NCBI RefSeq assembly: GCF_963921235.1
Contig: NC_086097.1
Span: 223,946,001-224,010,000 of the forward strand
Direction: 5' to 3'
Length of the DNA stretch: 64,000 nucleotides
Source of the DNA: Mobula hypostoma
Lineage: Eukaryota
The position numbers and the translations under genes were made by a program. This document shows positions 23,902 through 36,119 of this stretch, piece by piece. Each line of letters starts with the position of its first letter. Positions within the stretch are counted from its first letter, which is position 1. A model generated the notes under the pieces. The model was given only the letters and a program-made list of their open reading frames with translations. It made no database searches and had not been told where the DNA came from.

Positions 23902-26499
23902 TATATATTCAAAATTAATCATAATTATGAATTATCATCAATCACTGCAATTGACACAAATTTGACTGATCGTTTCCACGGATGCTGCCCGATCTGCTGA
24001 GTTCCTCCAGCGTGTTGTGAGTGTTGCTTTGACCCCAGCATCTGCAGAGTATTTTGTGTTTTGAATATAATGACACAGGGTTTAGCACGTTGATGTGAAA
24101 TAAATTTCTCTGAAACTCTGCAAGGGTCCTTCTCAAACCTCCTGGCTTTGTACACACTGGAGAAGCTGTATAAAGGCATTTTGTGTGGATTCTCTGGGTC
24201 ATTTATTGTGAGAGTAGGAAAGCCCCACACAATGATTTCTGTGGCTGCTGACTCACTGCACCAATCTCAATATCCTTGCCTCCGCAAAATATCCTCTAAA
24301 AATACAGAGAGAAACTAAAATCAATGTTAGTTCTGGTGCTGTGTAGGAGGAAGGAAGATAAAGTCCTAGCTACTGATATGTTTGACTGTCAAAGCACCTA
24401 GTTTATGTGGTTTGAAGAGTGAGCCACTGTCCCTGCTTTGTACAGCAGACCTCAGAACAACACCATTTGTTCATTGCTATACATTTTATTTGAAAATTTG
24501 CTCCATAGAAGCTCATTATTTCCAAGTGGAAGAATTGGCAGGACCCTCCTCTAAACGGGAGACCTCTTTAGTCTTTTGCTGAATGTAAGTGACTGCACTT
24601 TAAAACTTCTCATTGCGTGAGTAGGAGTAGACAGGGGTGGGTAGCCGGGGAGACAGATTGTTACCTAAACCTCTGGATCTGAGTATTCAGCTGCACAGCT
24701 ATAAGAAAGCCATACTTTTGTGTGTGTCAAACTCACATATTTTGCCTTCTTCACCCTTCAACATGCATGGTACTGTAGTGGTTAGCATAATGTTTTACAG
24801 TACCAGTGACCAGGGTTCAATTGCCACCCGGTCTGTATGTTCTCTCCGTTACTGTGTGGGTTTCCTCAAGGTGCTCTGATTTCCTCCCACAGTCCAGAGT
24901 CTAATTTGCCATAGTAAATTGTCCCATGATTAGGCTAGGATTAAATTGGGGGATTGCTGGGGGGGGTGGGGTGGGTGGTGTGGCTTGAAGGACTGCAAGG
25001 GCCTACTCCATACTGTATCTCAATAAGTAGATAAATAAATGTTCTGCTGAAGAGCACAACTTGACCTGGCCATTTTTCTTTGTATATTTGATAAATTTGT
25101 CAGTACTTTGTTCCTCCTCTCACAAAATGTGCCTTCAAATGTTGGTGGCATTGGTCACACAGTATCCAGTCCTAACTGCCCTTTCTTGTATCTTGTGGTA
25201 GTCATCGTGGTTATAGTTAACACATGGTGCTAGATAGAAAATTTCTGGATGCTTATCGTGAAGGATGACTTTTATACCAAAACTGGAACAGAATAGCATT
25301 TGATTTGGAAAAACTTGAGGTGATGATACTTCCAGTAATAAAGATCACTAACTGGGATAGGAACATGTTGAAATATCCCTGAGGAACTGCTGTGCTTTAC
25401 TCTATGTATTCCAAGTTTGTCAGTGATGTGGGTGTGGAAATAGAATTCAGTGAGAGAATAAAACTGTTGAAGTGAAATGTTGAGCTTCTTGCATGTTAAA
25501 ATGATTGGACACATCCAGAAGAATATTCCTGAGTGCTTGTTCTTGCATGGAAACAGTGAAGGATCATGACACAAATTACTTAGAATATGCATGTCTATCC
25601 TGCACTTGGGGCCCTTGGGTAATGTCAAAGCTGGCTTGATAAAAAGCTTGATTTAAGCTTCTGGTCAATGTCAACCACGAAGGTGTTAGCAGTGGGAGGA
25701 TTAATGTCGGTGTATGAAATGTTAAACTATCTTCCTTAAAAGGCAATGGAAGCAGAGTTCCAAAGTCACATGTCTCTCTCAAATGGATCAGCCCTTCTTT
25801 TTTCAAAATCAGTGACCTTCTAGTTCCAGGTTCTCTCACATGAAGAAACATGCTTTCCATGTCCACTGTGCCAAGATTTCTCAGAATCTGATATGAAGTC
25901 TTCTCATCATTCTTCTAAGCTCCAGGTACAAGCCTAGCCTGATCAATCTTTGATTATAAGGTAGCCTGCCGGTTTAGTATACTTCCTTTGTATAGCTTTC
26001 AACATTGTTGGAGACCTATACTGTATACAGAAGTTGATAGTGCCTTATATTACAGAAGTATGAACTCCCAATTCCTGTAGTCAAGCTTTCTGAATCACTT
26101 GCTGTACTTGCACACTAGCCCCTTGGGAATCGTGCATGAGGACAGACAGGTCCCTTTGGGTATCTCAAGAGTTCTGCAATCTCTCACCACTCACATAAAA
26201 TGTTCCCTTTTATTTTTCCTGCCAAAATGGACACTCCTATTTTCCTACTTTATACCCCATTTGCCAAATCCTGGCCCTATCTATCTTTATCACCTTCATG
26301 CAGTTATCCAGCCATCAGAAACTGGGAAATAGATTAATATTACACCCCATCTTGCCCAGTAAAAAACGCTAATGGAAAAAGATCTTAATTATCTAAGCCT
26401 ACTCACCGACCTGAGACAGCATTATTCAAATTCTAGGGATTCATAAATTTGGAAATGATCAGAAATAAGGGTCAAAATAGGTGGAAGTCCTCAGTTAAG

Positions 26500-26745
26500 A
26501 GGAAGAATCTCTTTATCAGAGGCTGGTGATTCTGTGGAATTCATTGCCTTTGACAGCCAAGTCATTGCATATATTTAAGGCAAAGGTTGATAGGTTCTTG
26601 ATTAGTAAGGGCATCAAAGATCGCAGGGAGAAGGCAGGGATATGGGTTGAAAGGGATAATAAATCAGTCATGATTGATTGGCAGAGCAGACTTGATGGGC
26701 CAAATGACCTAATTCTGCTCCTATGTTTTATGATCTTATGGACTT
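26500..26745 (+). mobile_element. CR1 3' end
   Basis: LWNSLP...FKAKVDRFLISKGIK followed by the 3'UTR. Confidence 0.8.
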
Positions 26746-27718
26746 AAAATCAAAAGCCTTGCGTATGGATAATTTCTACAATATTGGGGATTATGAAACC
26801 TGAACCAGCATTAGTTAAAAAGAATCAACAAGAAAACTAGTTGGTGGGACAAAGTCCAAATGCCCAGAAGTTAATTAGGATTCAGAGAAAAAGGAAAGTT
26901 GCAAGAGAAGACAGAATGTTTATTAAAAGTCAGTCAAGTGCACAGGTTATTTCGCCGTATGACATATGCCCAGAAACTATTTGAAAATGTATTATGTAAC
27001 CAAACTGGACTTGGATTTGCACCAGGAGCAATACTGCATTTGCAACCATGATGTAAAAACACCCAAATCTTTTCAATTTACATTGTAAATTTGATTACTT
27101 AATTTTCAGTTAATGGTGCATGTGTATTCCTGACAACATTATGCATTAAACAAAGAGCAAAGCACACTTGGAAAGTATACTGGTAATTTGTAACATCTGT
27201 TGGATATGGGGTTTACCATGACAACCAACAGATATCCTGATAGCTACTGGTGCCTCGTTTGCATGCAGAGAGAGGGTTCACATGGGAAATTACACAACAT
27301 ACAGAAAACCAACAGACAAGAAAATAAAAGATTCTCTCCAACGTAGGTCTCAGCTTTCCAAGGCTGTTATTCAATTTAAATCTTTTAGATATTAACTGAT
27401 GGGACTGCAGTTTTGATTCATTTGTTGTGACCAGATGACAGGTTTGCAATGTAGCAATTACCAGTATACAGATCTCAGAAATATGAATAAAGTCTTAGTT
27501 TCAAATATTGTCGTTAGATATTTGAGATTCATCAAAATTGATTCTATAAGAAACGAGTTCAATAGAAAAGATTCAATCCTAATTGTTATCACAACTGGTG
27601 CATCACATCATTTCAAACTTGCATATTGTGAAGTGCCAGATTTTCAACTTGTGATATAAACAAAATTTGAACCCGTCTTCTGAATAGCTCTTTTGTGTGT
27701 TAAAATGTAAGAGTTTAC

Positions 27719-27837
27719 CTGGCTGGCAGAAGGTTGGGGACAACTCCCTGGCAACTCCCCTTGCGATGTCGGATTCCTGGCGAGCAGCTTGCGCGGCAGC
27801 ATCAGCTGCGTCAGCTTTGGCCCTTGCATGTGCGGTT
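27719..27837 (-). CDS. JPH1: Internal coding exon (exon-3 equivalent, alpha-helical region) of a junctophilin-1-like gene
   Basis: The minus strand reads polypyrimidine tract cctttttcctctctctgcAG | A ACC GCA CAT ... CAG CCA G | GTaaact, with a ctgac branch-like motif upstream. The exon is 119 bp, phase 2 to phase 1. It translates to (R)[39 protein letters not shown](G), close to my recollection of vertebrate JPH1 [41 protein letters not shown]. Whether it is the ortholog or a paralog is not resolved. Confidence 0.9.
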
Positions 27838-30589
27838 CTGCAGAGAGAGGAAAAAGGTGTCAGCTATATAGCAGTGGATTTCTTCAACTTGCCATCAATT
27901 CTGGCTGATGAGGAATCATGTTCCAGGAGGGTCCACCGTGATGCTTCATATCCCTCAGCTACAAAAAGACAAGAATATGAATACAGCAATGTTAGCATTT
28001 GCCCCAGACAAACAGGAGCAAAAAAAAAAAAAAATGCTTTTTGAATAAAAGCTTTTTTTTCCTGTTTAAAGAGAATTACTTGTATCAATTCCAAAAATTA
28101 AGAACAACATCATTATCTTTGGTTTATTTATATCAGTATATGTTATCTAAGAACGTGATGAAAAACAATTTCAAGAAAAACAATATATTTGCTATGCGCC
28201 TTTGATGTTGTGCTGTGCTCACATATTTACTGGCTTTGGCACTTTTTTTTGGAAATATCTTTGTCACTGGGTAATTGTACGGAATTAGAAGAAGAAAGGA
28301 CATGCTTGGACCTTGCTTTCCTTGGTGCACTTGCCAAGAAATGTGTGAAATGTTAGACTAGTTCCCTGATCAGAATAAGCTAAACAACTGAGAGCATTAG
28401 AGAGAAAATTTGACTTCAGGCTCCCAACAAGTTGTAAATACACCTGCACAGAGCTTGGAAAAGGCTGGGAAGTGTGCTGTGCTCCAAACAATATTGCCCA
28501 GTAAATGATGGGAATGCCAGGACTGTGTGATATTTAATCCAAATGATCAAAAGCTGATACTGTAAGAGCTAGGGAACAAAAAAATTGCTATTTATTTATA
28601 TTTCCATCTGCACAGTTTGCTGTCCATTGACCTTGTTTATAGTTACTGTTCTATAGATTTGCTAAGTACGCCCGCAGATTAAAAAAAATCCCAGGGTTGT
28701 ATGTGGTGACATGTATATACTCTGATAATAAATTTTACTTTGAACTTTGAAATTAACTTTCCTCAGAATTGTCTTTCGGACTTCTAGGAGATAGCGGTTT
28801 CAACACAAACGCAGCTGCTCTGGCCTTTATTAATCTGGACAGAGACAGTGCCGTCATTGAAGATTAAAGATGTGGCATGTGTCCAAATAGCTCGCCTACA
28901 TACCTTTTGGAATGCAATGAAATGGACTGCTCTTCACTGTTAAATCCATTTTACAATAGTACACGTTGAATTGTGGTAGAGGGGAAATGGCTGAAAGAAA
29001 GAGGCATCACAAACATGAGTCTGTCATGGAGTAAGCTGGAGAGATAGCAGTACAATGGCTTTACTATCCTGACAAAGTCCTTCCCAAGAAGATGTGGATT
29101 GATTTGCTGGAGAAGAAGCTGGAAAGGATGATGAATCTGGATACCCAGCTTGCTTTGTACTATCAAACCTGGTGTTCATAAGACAGCAGTCAAACAAACT
29201 CAAGATTAAGCCAACAACTGGCAAAATCAAAAGTCTAGGCTTGTTTCTCTGCTGCTCTTTAAGAAAATGATTCAATTATTTTAAACCTTACTACAGGGTT
29301 GAGCTGCTTACTGCTTCACCCTTGCAAACTGAAAAAACTGTGGACGAAGCCGCACACCCATTAGGCCACCATCCATTGAACAAACTGACAGGTAGGCCTA
29401 TACTTTGAGGCCCCTGCTCCAGTCTGTTACCTGTGTCTTCCGGTTCTCTTAGTGACAAAAAATCTTTTAATCTCAGCTTCAGCGTATTTCATTCACAAAT
29501 ACCTGGGTCAGAGAATTAACCATATAACCATATAACAATTACAGCACGGAAACAGGCCATCTCAGCCCTTCTAGTCCGTTTGAATTGCTTATTATTATTA
29601 TTTTGTCTCCTTTGTAATTGCACAGTTTGTTGTATTTTGTACATTGGGTTGTTTGTCCACACTGTTGGGTGATATTTTCAGAATCAGAATCAGAATCAGG
29701 TTTAATATCACCGACATATGTTGTGAAATTCATTGTTATGTGGCAGCAGTACAGTGCACAATAATAAATACTGTAAATTACAGTAAGCATATATATATAG
29801 AATATACTTACTGTAATTCTTAATTACATATATAAAACTGTTAATGTATATATCTATCTTAAAAGTTAAAATAAACAAGTGTGCAAAAAAAGAGAGAAAC
29901 ACAAAGTAGTGAAGTGGTGTTCATGGGTTCAAAGTTCATTCAGAAATTTGATGGAAGAGGGGAAGAAGTTATTCATTGATTCCATTATAACTCTTGGATT
30001 TACTGAGTATGCCTGCACAGAGACAGATCTGTGCTTTGATAACAAATTTACATGTACTTTGATAACAAATTTACTTTGAACTCTAAATTTCTCCTTATCC
30101 CACTCTCAACTGTCTGAGGTGTGACCATGTCACCTCATTCTTTAATTAAAAAAAAGCAAGCTGGTGGTTTCACAACCATTTGTTCTATTTGTTATTAATT
30201 TTGCTGCTTGAATCTAATATGTGTTGAAGGGAGTTAAACTGGTCTGCTGTACATGAAATTGACCAGCCCTTTAAATCCCAGTCCAGTAACTGTTATCATG
30301 ATACTATTGTGCTCACTTAAAATCCAGCAGCTTCATGGTCACCATTGTTATTAATAGCTTTTTGAATTTCATATCTGATTGATCAGATTTCAACTTCTCA
30401 GCTCTCAGTTGGGACTTGAATTTGTGCCTCCGTTTTTTATCCAGACTTTGATGGATAAGGTCCAGCAGTTTAACATCATATTATTACCTCAATGTGAAGG
30501 AGCTTCAGCTATCAACTGGGCGCAGTAACGTCAACCTCTGCTTATGTGGGTCTCTGGGTGGAATGTTATCACAAGATAAAAATGGTGTC

Positions 30590-31870
30590 CAGTTTGAAAT
30601 CCTACAAAAAGTTGTGGATATAGACTAGTCCATTAGGGGCCCTGAAAGCAGCATTCATCAGAAGCAACCCCCACCACCCAGGTCATGCTCTCTTCTTCCT
30701 GCTGCCATCAGGAAGAAGGTACAGGAGCCTCAGGACTCGCACCACCTGGTTCAGGAACATTTATTACCCCTCGACCATCAAGCTCTTGAAACAGAGGGAA
30801 TGACTTCACTTGCTCCACCATTGAAATTTTCCCACAACTCTTCATCTCACATTCTCGATATTCACTGCTTGCTAGCTTATTAACTGATTGATTGATTGAT
30901 CAATTTATTATTATTTTATTATGGGTTGTACATGATGAAATAGATGCAATTGATAATAAATTTACATTGAACTTTGACCATAAGAGAAACAAAGCAAATG
31001 AAATCAGTGATTAAATAATCTGGTTTGCTGCAGTTGTCTGGGTATCAGAAGAACGCCCAGTTATCTTTAGAAATTATCTTTAGATGTTGTCAGCAAAACA
31101 AAAGAGGTGGTCATTGACTTCAGGAAGGGGGCCGTGCACTTGCTTCTGTCTTCATCAATGGTGCTGAGGTTCAGAGAGTTGAGTGCTTCACTGTGACCAT
31201 TACTTATAGTCTTTCCTGGTCCAAACATGTAGATGTCATGGCCAAGAAAGTTTACCAGTGCTTCTACTTCCCCAGGAGGCTGATGAAATTTGTCTTTCCC
31301 CATTGACCCATACCAATCTTCTATTGATGTGCCATGGAAAAGCATCCTATCTTGATGTATAAGCTTGGTATGGTAACTGTTCTGCCTGTGACCACAAGAA
31401 ACTGCAGTGTTGTGGACTCAACACAACAATCAGCTTCCCCTCCATGAACTCTCTCTATACTTCTCACTGTCTCAGTAAGGCAGCGGGCATTATCAAATAC
31501 CCCACCCACCTCAGACATTCTCTTTTCACCCCTCTCTTGTTGGGTAGAAGGTACAAAAGCATAAAAGCACCTACTACCTGGCTCTACGACAGCTTCTAAC
31601 CCGCTATTATAAATCTATTAAATTGTTCCTTAGTATGATAGATGGACTCATGACCTCACAGGCTACCTCGTTATGATCCTGCATTTTATTGTCTACCCAC
31701 ACTGCACTTTCTCTGTAGCTGTTGCACCTTAATCTGCACTCTGTTTTTTGTTTTACCTTGTTCTACCTCAATGCACTGTTGCAATGATTTGATCTGTAAG
31801 ACCAGTATGCAAACCAAACTTGTTGCTCTACCTCTGAACGTGTGACAATAAGAAACCAATTCCAACTCCA
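30590..31870 (+). mobile_element. Two adjacent Rex1/Babar 3' fragments
   Basis: LPSGRRYRSL and KTKEVVIDFRK peptides, with tails ending aataaatttac and aataagaaaccaattcc. Confidence 0.7.
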
Positions 31871-34800
31871 AATGTTTATGGTAAAAAAAAATCTCATGAA
31901 CCCTCAGTTTAACATCAGTTCCAGCATGCAACACCCAGAGTAGAACAACATTCTTGCAATCCTGTTTTGCCGTGCTAAGCATAGGTGAAATTGGCACACC
32001 CGTAAATCGGTTTTCATCTGCTGGCAGAAGCAACAAAAGTACTTGTATATTGCATACATGAACCACCTGCTTTAAAGAATATTTTTGAATAAACAGGGTA
32101 AATTGTGTTTGCTGAAGATTCACAAGTACCTTTAAGAAACAGTATCAATAAATTTGAAATAAATGCTCACTACAGATTTGTTATTTGCAATCCTTTAGTG
32201 TGATAAGTAATGATCGACATGGCTGTGGATAATACAGATATCATCAGGAAAACATTGGAGCAGAGTTAGGACATTTAGCCTGTCAAGCCCGCACCACCAT
32301 TTGATCTTGGCTAACTTACTTTCCCTCTCCCACAAGCAGCATAGTAGCGCAGTGGCCAGAACTTTGCCCTAACAACAGCAGCTGTGAGATTGGGGTTCAA
32401 TTCCCATCGCTGTCAACAAAGAGCCCACACACTTGCCCCACAACCATGTGAGCCTCAGTGGGTCCTGAGTATAATTGGCTGTTAAGTAGCATTTATTTCC
32501 TGAGGTGAGGAATTTGAGGCAAATGGTTATCCCTGGGATAACATGGCTAAATTAATTTACATACAACAAAGGAAGTGACTGAAAGTTGGACCAGGGTAAA
32601 CTATGCTGGCCAACTACATGGCAGGGTGTTAATAGAAAGAATTTCCTTTCCATTGTAGATGGAAAGTGTTATGTAAATGGACTTTGGCAGGAAAATTCTA
32701 CTCCATTTTTCAACATTTTAATAAATTTTCCTTAAATTCTGAAAATTAAGTGAAATAAAGCAACAAAAGAAATGCAGTTGTGATACAGGCAATATTCAAG
32801 TCATATAATCCTTGGGTCCAATCCCCAGTCAGCCTGATCCCTCCTCCCAACACCTCCCACCCACTCCATCCTGCATCACAGGCTTCCGATCTCCATCTTC
32901 CCTTTGCCTCTCCAACCACAGAAATGGACAGGGCCCAGATTCCTTAATGAAAATAATTTTACAAATATTATTATTTACTTTACTTACTGCAACTACTCCA
33001 GTAAATCACTAATACAAACTCTCTCTACAATGACAGCTATTTTCTTCTGAGAATTTTCACTGAAGTGATAATTAAGAAATGTTCAACTCGAGAGTTGGGT
33101 GGAGAGGGATAGAAAGACATCTGGTAATGTTCTGATGTTCTGGCCAAGTGCTCAGTTGTTTCACACCTATAAAGTGCCAGGAAATGGACTGACATTATCA
33201 GTTTCTATTGTGGGATTTTGCTGATAGCATGCTTCAATGGATTTGGATCATCATGAAAGAAAATTAAAATGTAATGAATGTGAAAGCTATAGATTTATTG
33301 CTAACTATGTGAAGTTCAAGTACTTTTTAAATGTTATCTGAATTTAGGAGTGAATTAATGACTGCGTTCCTTGGTTTGTAACATTTCAGAAAATAAATTC
33401 TACAATCTGTGGTGTTGAAAATGATATTAAGGGATATTGTGCTTATGGTCTGTGGACTTCTTCATCGCCCGTTCCTCTTCCATTTTGTTGTGCGAGGGGA
33501 AGATGTTTGGGGGTTGAAGTTCTGTTGTTTTTTTTGTGTGGGGGTGGGGTTGCTTTTATGGGACCGATGTTCCTGTTCCGTTTTGTGCGGGAAGAGGGTG
33601 ATTTTGGGAGGTTGATGATCGGGATGCTGTTCTTTTTTGTTTGGGGAGGGTGGGTTTGATGTTCCTCTCTGAACAACATTCACATTCGTTCTTTGTTTTA
33701 TGACTATCTGGAGAAGACAAATTTCAGAGTTGTATATGGATACATGCTTTGATAATAAATGAACCTTTGAAAGCAATATGTTGTGACTTATAACTCAGTA
33801 GTTTTGGACAAGACAAAATTCAGTTCTTATTAAAGCCTTATTTAGTACGACACAAAAACTTCACACAGAATACTACCACTTCAAAATTAGGTTAAGGACC
33901 ATTTTGGAAATCCTTGGTTAAGAGATCAGGCCAATCTTAATGGAAAAGAGAAATACAGTGAGGAAGAGATATTTATGGAGGACATTCCAGAGTTTGGGGT
34001 CCAGCTGATAATGGTAATGATTAAAAACATGAAGATTTAAAATGTTAATGCCATGCTGAAACCAGACTTGCGTGGATATTTACTTTGATCGTACTATCTG
34101 CACAACTTAATAATTCTGATGTGGAACATTAACATACAGTTACATCATGCACAGTTTCTCTGCTTTTATCTGTAGCAGCAGGTCTTGCCGAAGGACAAAA
34201 GTTTCAATAAACAAGGTCTGAACCACAGAACATCAGTGCTGCCAGGAGCGACAGGGTGGGCTAAACCCGGGGGAATGCTAAAGGATGACAATGTAGACGT
34301 GAACAAGAAAATCTCAGTGGAACGGTGACATCAGGCAGTCAACACAGAAGCTGGCAGAAAGGATACCACAATGACAAGATCGTGTGACGGCCACTGCCAG
34401 CCTGTATCTGATATTAACTGACAGCATTTGACACAGAAGTAATAGAAGCTAGTTCAGCCAACTATCCAGGAAAGCAGTAGACCCGGCCAGCTATTCATTA
34501 AAGCAGCCAGTCATCTAATAAAACAATCAATCTCCATTAATAAACAAGTTCAATTCTTGTAACTGAGCTGCCAGATGTCAGATAAACTGGTAATCATTAG
34601 AACCACCACAGTAACAAACTATCTCTTAAAAACAAAGATTCAAGATTGTTTATTGTCATTAATCGGTACACAAGAGTAAATGATTGATACTCTGAATCTG
34701 ATGCAGGATTAAAAACATAACACAATAAAAAAGACAAAAATTCTGAATACATAAGATTAGCTTACATACTTAGACTGGGTAGATGTACATAAAATAACGC

Positions 34801-36119
34801 TAGATACAGGAGTATCTGCGCACAAAGTGACAATGACAGGAAATGATAAAGTAGTGGTAGGGGGTGTAGTGGGATGGGTTAATGGATGGAAGTGTTGATC
34901 AGCCTGATGGACTTTGCTTCTATTAAAACTGGCCCTTACTTCTAATAATGCATACAGGGCACTTTAATCAGTTGGAAGCTTAGATTAAGAGACAAAGGAA
35001 AACTAAGAATATAATACTTGGAATCTGATATTTATAAAATCCTCTAAAATACTTTATATTCCAACGTCTCACATTATAACAGTATTCATTTCCACGGAGT
35101 TTGATCAGCAGTACTTGATTTGCAATGCTCGTCCAAAATAGATAACAAATATAGATCATAACCACATTACAACTTACTGCCGCTAACAGCACTTTAATGG
35201 TGCGGGAGACAGCAAAGAGCCAACTGTTGAGCAGTGCAATTTGAGACAGCAATAATAGAATATGTCTTTAATCGTTCTTCTGGCCCCATTTAAAATTGCT
35301 TTACCATTTACAAATGTAATCCTGAGTGCAATTAGCTTTGGCACTACCTTAATGGTAGAATTCAGTCCTGTCGGCATCATCTGAATGAATTGACTTGTGC
35401 ACGAGAAATCTATTTTTATTTGTTGCAAGCTGGGTCTTGCCGCAGGTCAAATCCCTTCCATACCAAGGCGTAAGCTCACATATGAAACAAATATATTTAG
35501 TTTAATGTTTTCTCTAAGATAGCAGCCAATAATAGTCACTGGCTGTAAATTATGATGAATATTGGAAATGAATTGCTATCTTAATTGTGAACTGTTTATT
35601 AGAACAGCTCTTTTTGGAAAATGTTTTCAAAAATCTAATAGTGATGATTATTGGAAGAGAGCAGGATTATCTTGGAATTTTAGTGATGTTATCTAGAAGT
35701 CCACTCGACTGGGTCTCCAGATAAAAACAAAATGAACATTTAAGGTTGCTAAATTTAGAAACATGTTAGTTGGAGTTATAAAGAGACCTAATCTACACAG
35801 ACTAATGGCAAAGCTGCTACTTAAAATGCCAAAATTCCTCTTATACCAGTCTGCAATACTTCCTTCAATGAAAGGCAGCCATTATTCGAATGCATACCAT
35901 TTTCAGTTTATTGAAAGCACAACCAAATTTGGACGCTGTTGGGACTGATAGCATTTACTGTATGGGTACAAACAAATCCTTCCAATTGATCCACGTCTGT
36001 TGTTTTTCTCCAAACAAGTTACCACCCACTTTATTATCATATCTTTCTCTTCCTCTTACTGATAAGTTTCTATTAAAATCAAAGTTATTACTTAATTCTT
36101 GAATCAAAACCATGGGCCG

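Noticed and set aside
27697..28044. 115-aa Ala-rich plus-strand ORF
   Set aside because: It is the antisense shadow of the junctophilin exon. The splice signals and homology are on the minus strand.
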